Source of the DNA: a virus
Lineage: Duplodnaviria > Caudoviricetes
Virus record (IMG/VR): IMGVR_UViG_3300032040_000036
Location: 1-33,475 of that record
Length of the DNA stretch: 33,475 nucleotides
Strand: one strand, 5' to 3'
The notes below the pieces were generated by a model that saw only the letters and a list, made by a program, of their open reading frames with translations, did not search any database and had not been told where the DNA came from. Made by a program: the position numbers and the translations under genes. The first letter of the stretch is position 1. Each line of letters begins with the position of its first letter. Shown here one piece after another: positions 33,196 through 33,475 of this stretch.

Positions 33196-33475
33196 ATGAC
33201 AACCTTCAGTAGTGAGCATTGGCAGGGCGTCACCGGACTGCTGAGCGCCCGTGAACTTGAATTTACCCTCAGCGTTGCTGAAGGCATGACCGACAAGCAG
33301 ATAGCCAAAGCCGTTGGCCTAGCGCCCGACAGCGTGCGCAAGCGCATATACAGCGCCATGTTCAAGCTCGGCGCCAGCCGCCGACCTCAACTAATAGCTG
33401 AATGCATGCGCCGATCGATCATCGCGCCCTTGGTAATGCTTTTGGCGATTGCCTGCATCACAGGCAGCGTACTGG
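33196..33475 (+). CDS. LuxR-type HTH protein with hydrophobic C-terminal segment; truncated by the window end
   Basis: GGAG RBS; LSARELE...AEGMTDKQIAKAVGLAPDSVRKRIYSAMFKLG. Confidence 0.88.
   Translation, partial: MTTFSSEHWQGVTGLLSARELEFTLSVAEGMTDKQIAKAVGLAPDSVRKRIYSAMFKLGASRRPQLIAECMRRSIIAPLVMLLAIACITGSVL

Larger units (their letters stand above)
39..33475. mobile_element. Lambdoid cos-type siphoviral prophage integrated at a tRNA-Ser 3' end; right end lies beyond the window
   Basis: Continuous immunity-replication-nin-Q-lysis-cos-head-tail gene order, with a tRNA fragment at the tail-distal edge. Confidence 0.95.

Overview
Almost the whole window is one lambdoid (cos-type, siphoviral) prophage. 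The host is probably a Pseudomonadaceae member; this is inferred from the protein styles, not proven. The left boundary is a 24-bp duplicated tRNA-Ser 3' end (39-62) with nearby arm-type repeats and an IHF site. On the minus strand, from right to left: cro, a Rha/ANT antirepressor, replication O-like and P genes, a nin region containing an arm-less tyrosine recombinase, a Q-like gene, holin/SAR endolysin/Rz/Rz1, cos, terminase, portal, a protease-capsid fusion, head-tail and tail genes, and several tail-tip/fibre genes. On the plus strand are cI, its downstream cargo and the start of the PL operon, which runs off the window; the true integrase and the other att site are not visible. The most unusual signals are: (i) a ~200-nt tRNA-shaped non-coding element with complementary kissing loops, within ~700 nt of densely structured non-coding PL sequence; (ii) accessory genes built as cassettes bounded by short conserved repeats at two separate loci; (iii) an unannotated 40-aa membrane peptide coupling cI to a 262-aa unknown gene at the rexAB position; and (iv) a likely ~45-nt antisense RNA over the antirepressor leader. 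All product calls come from motif recognition and gene order; no database search was run.
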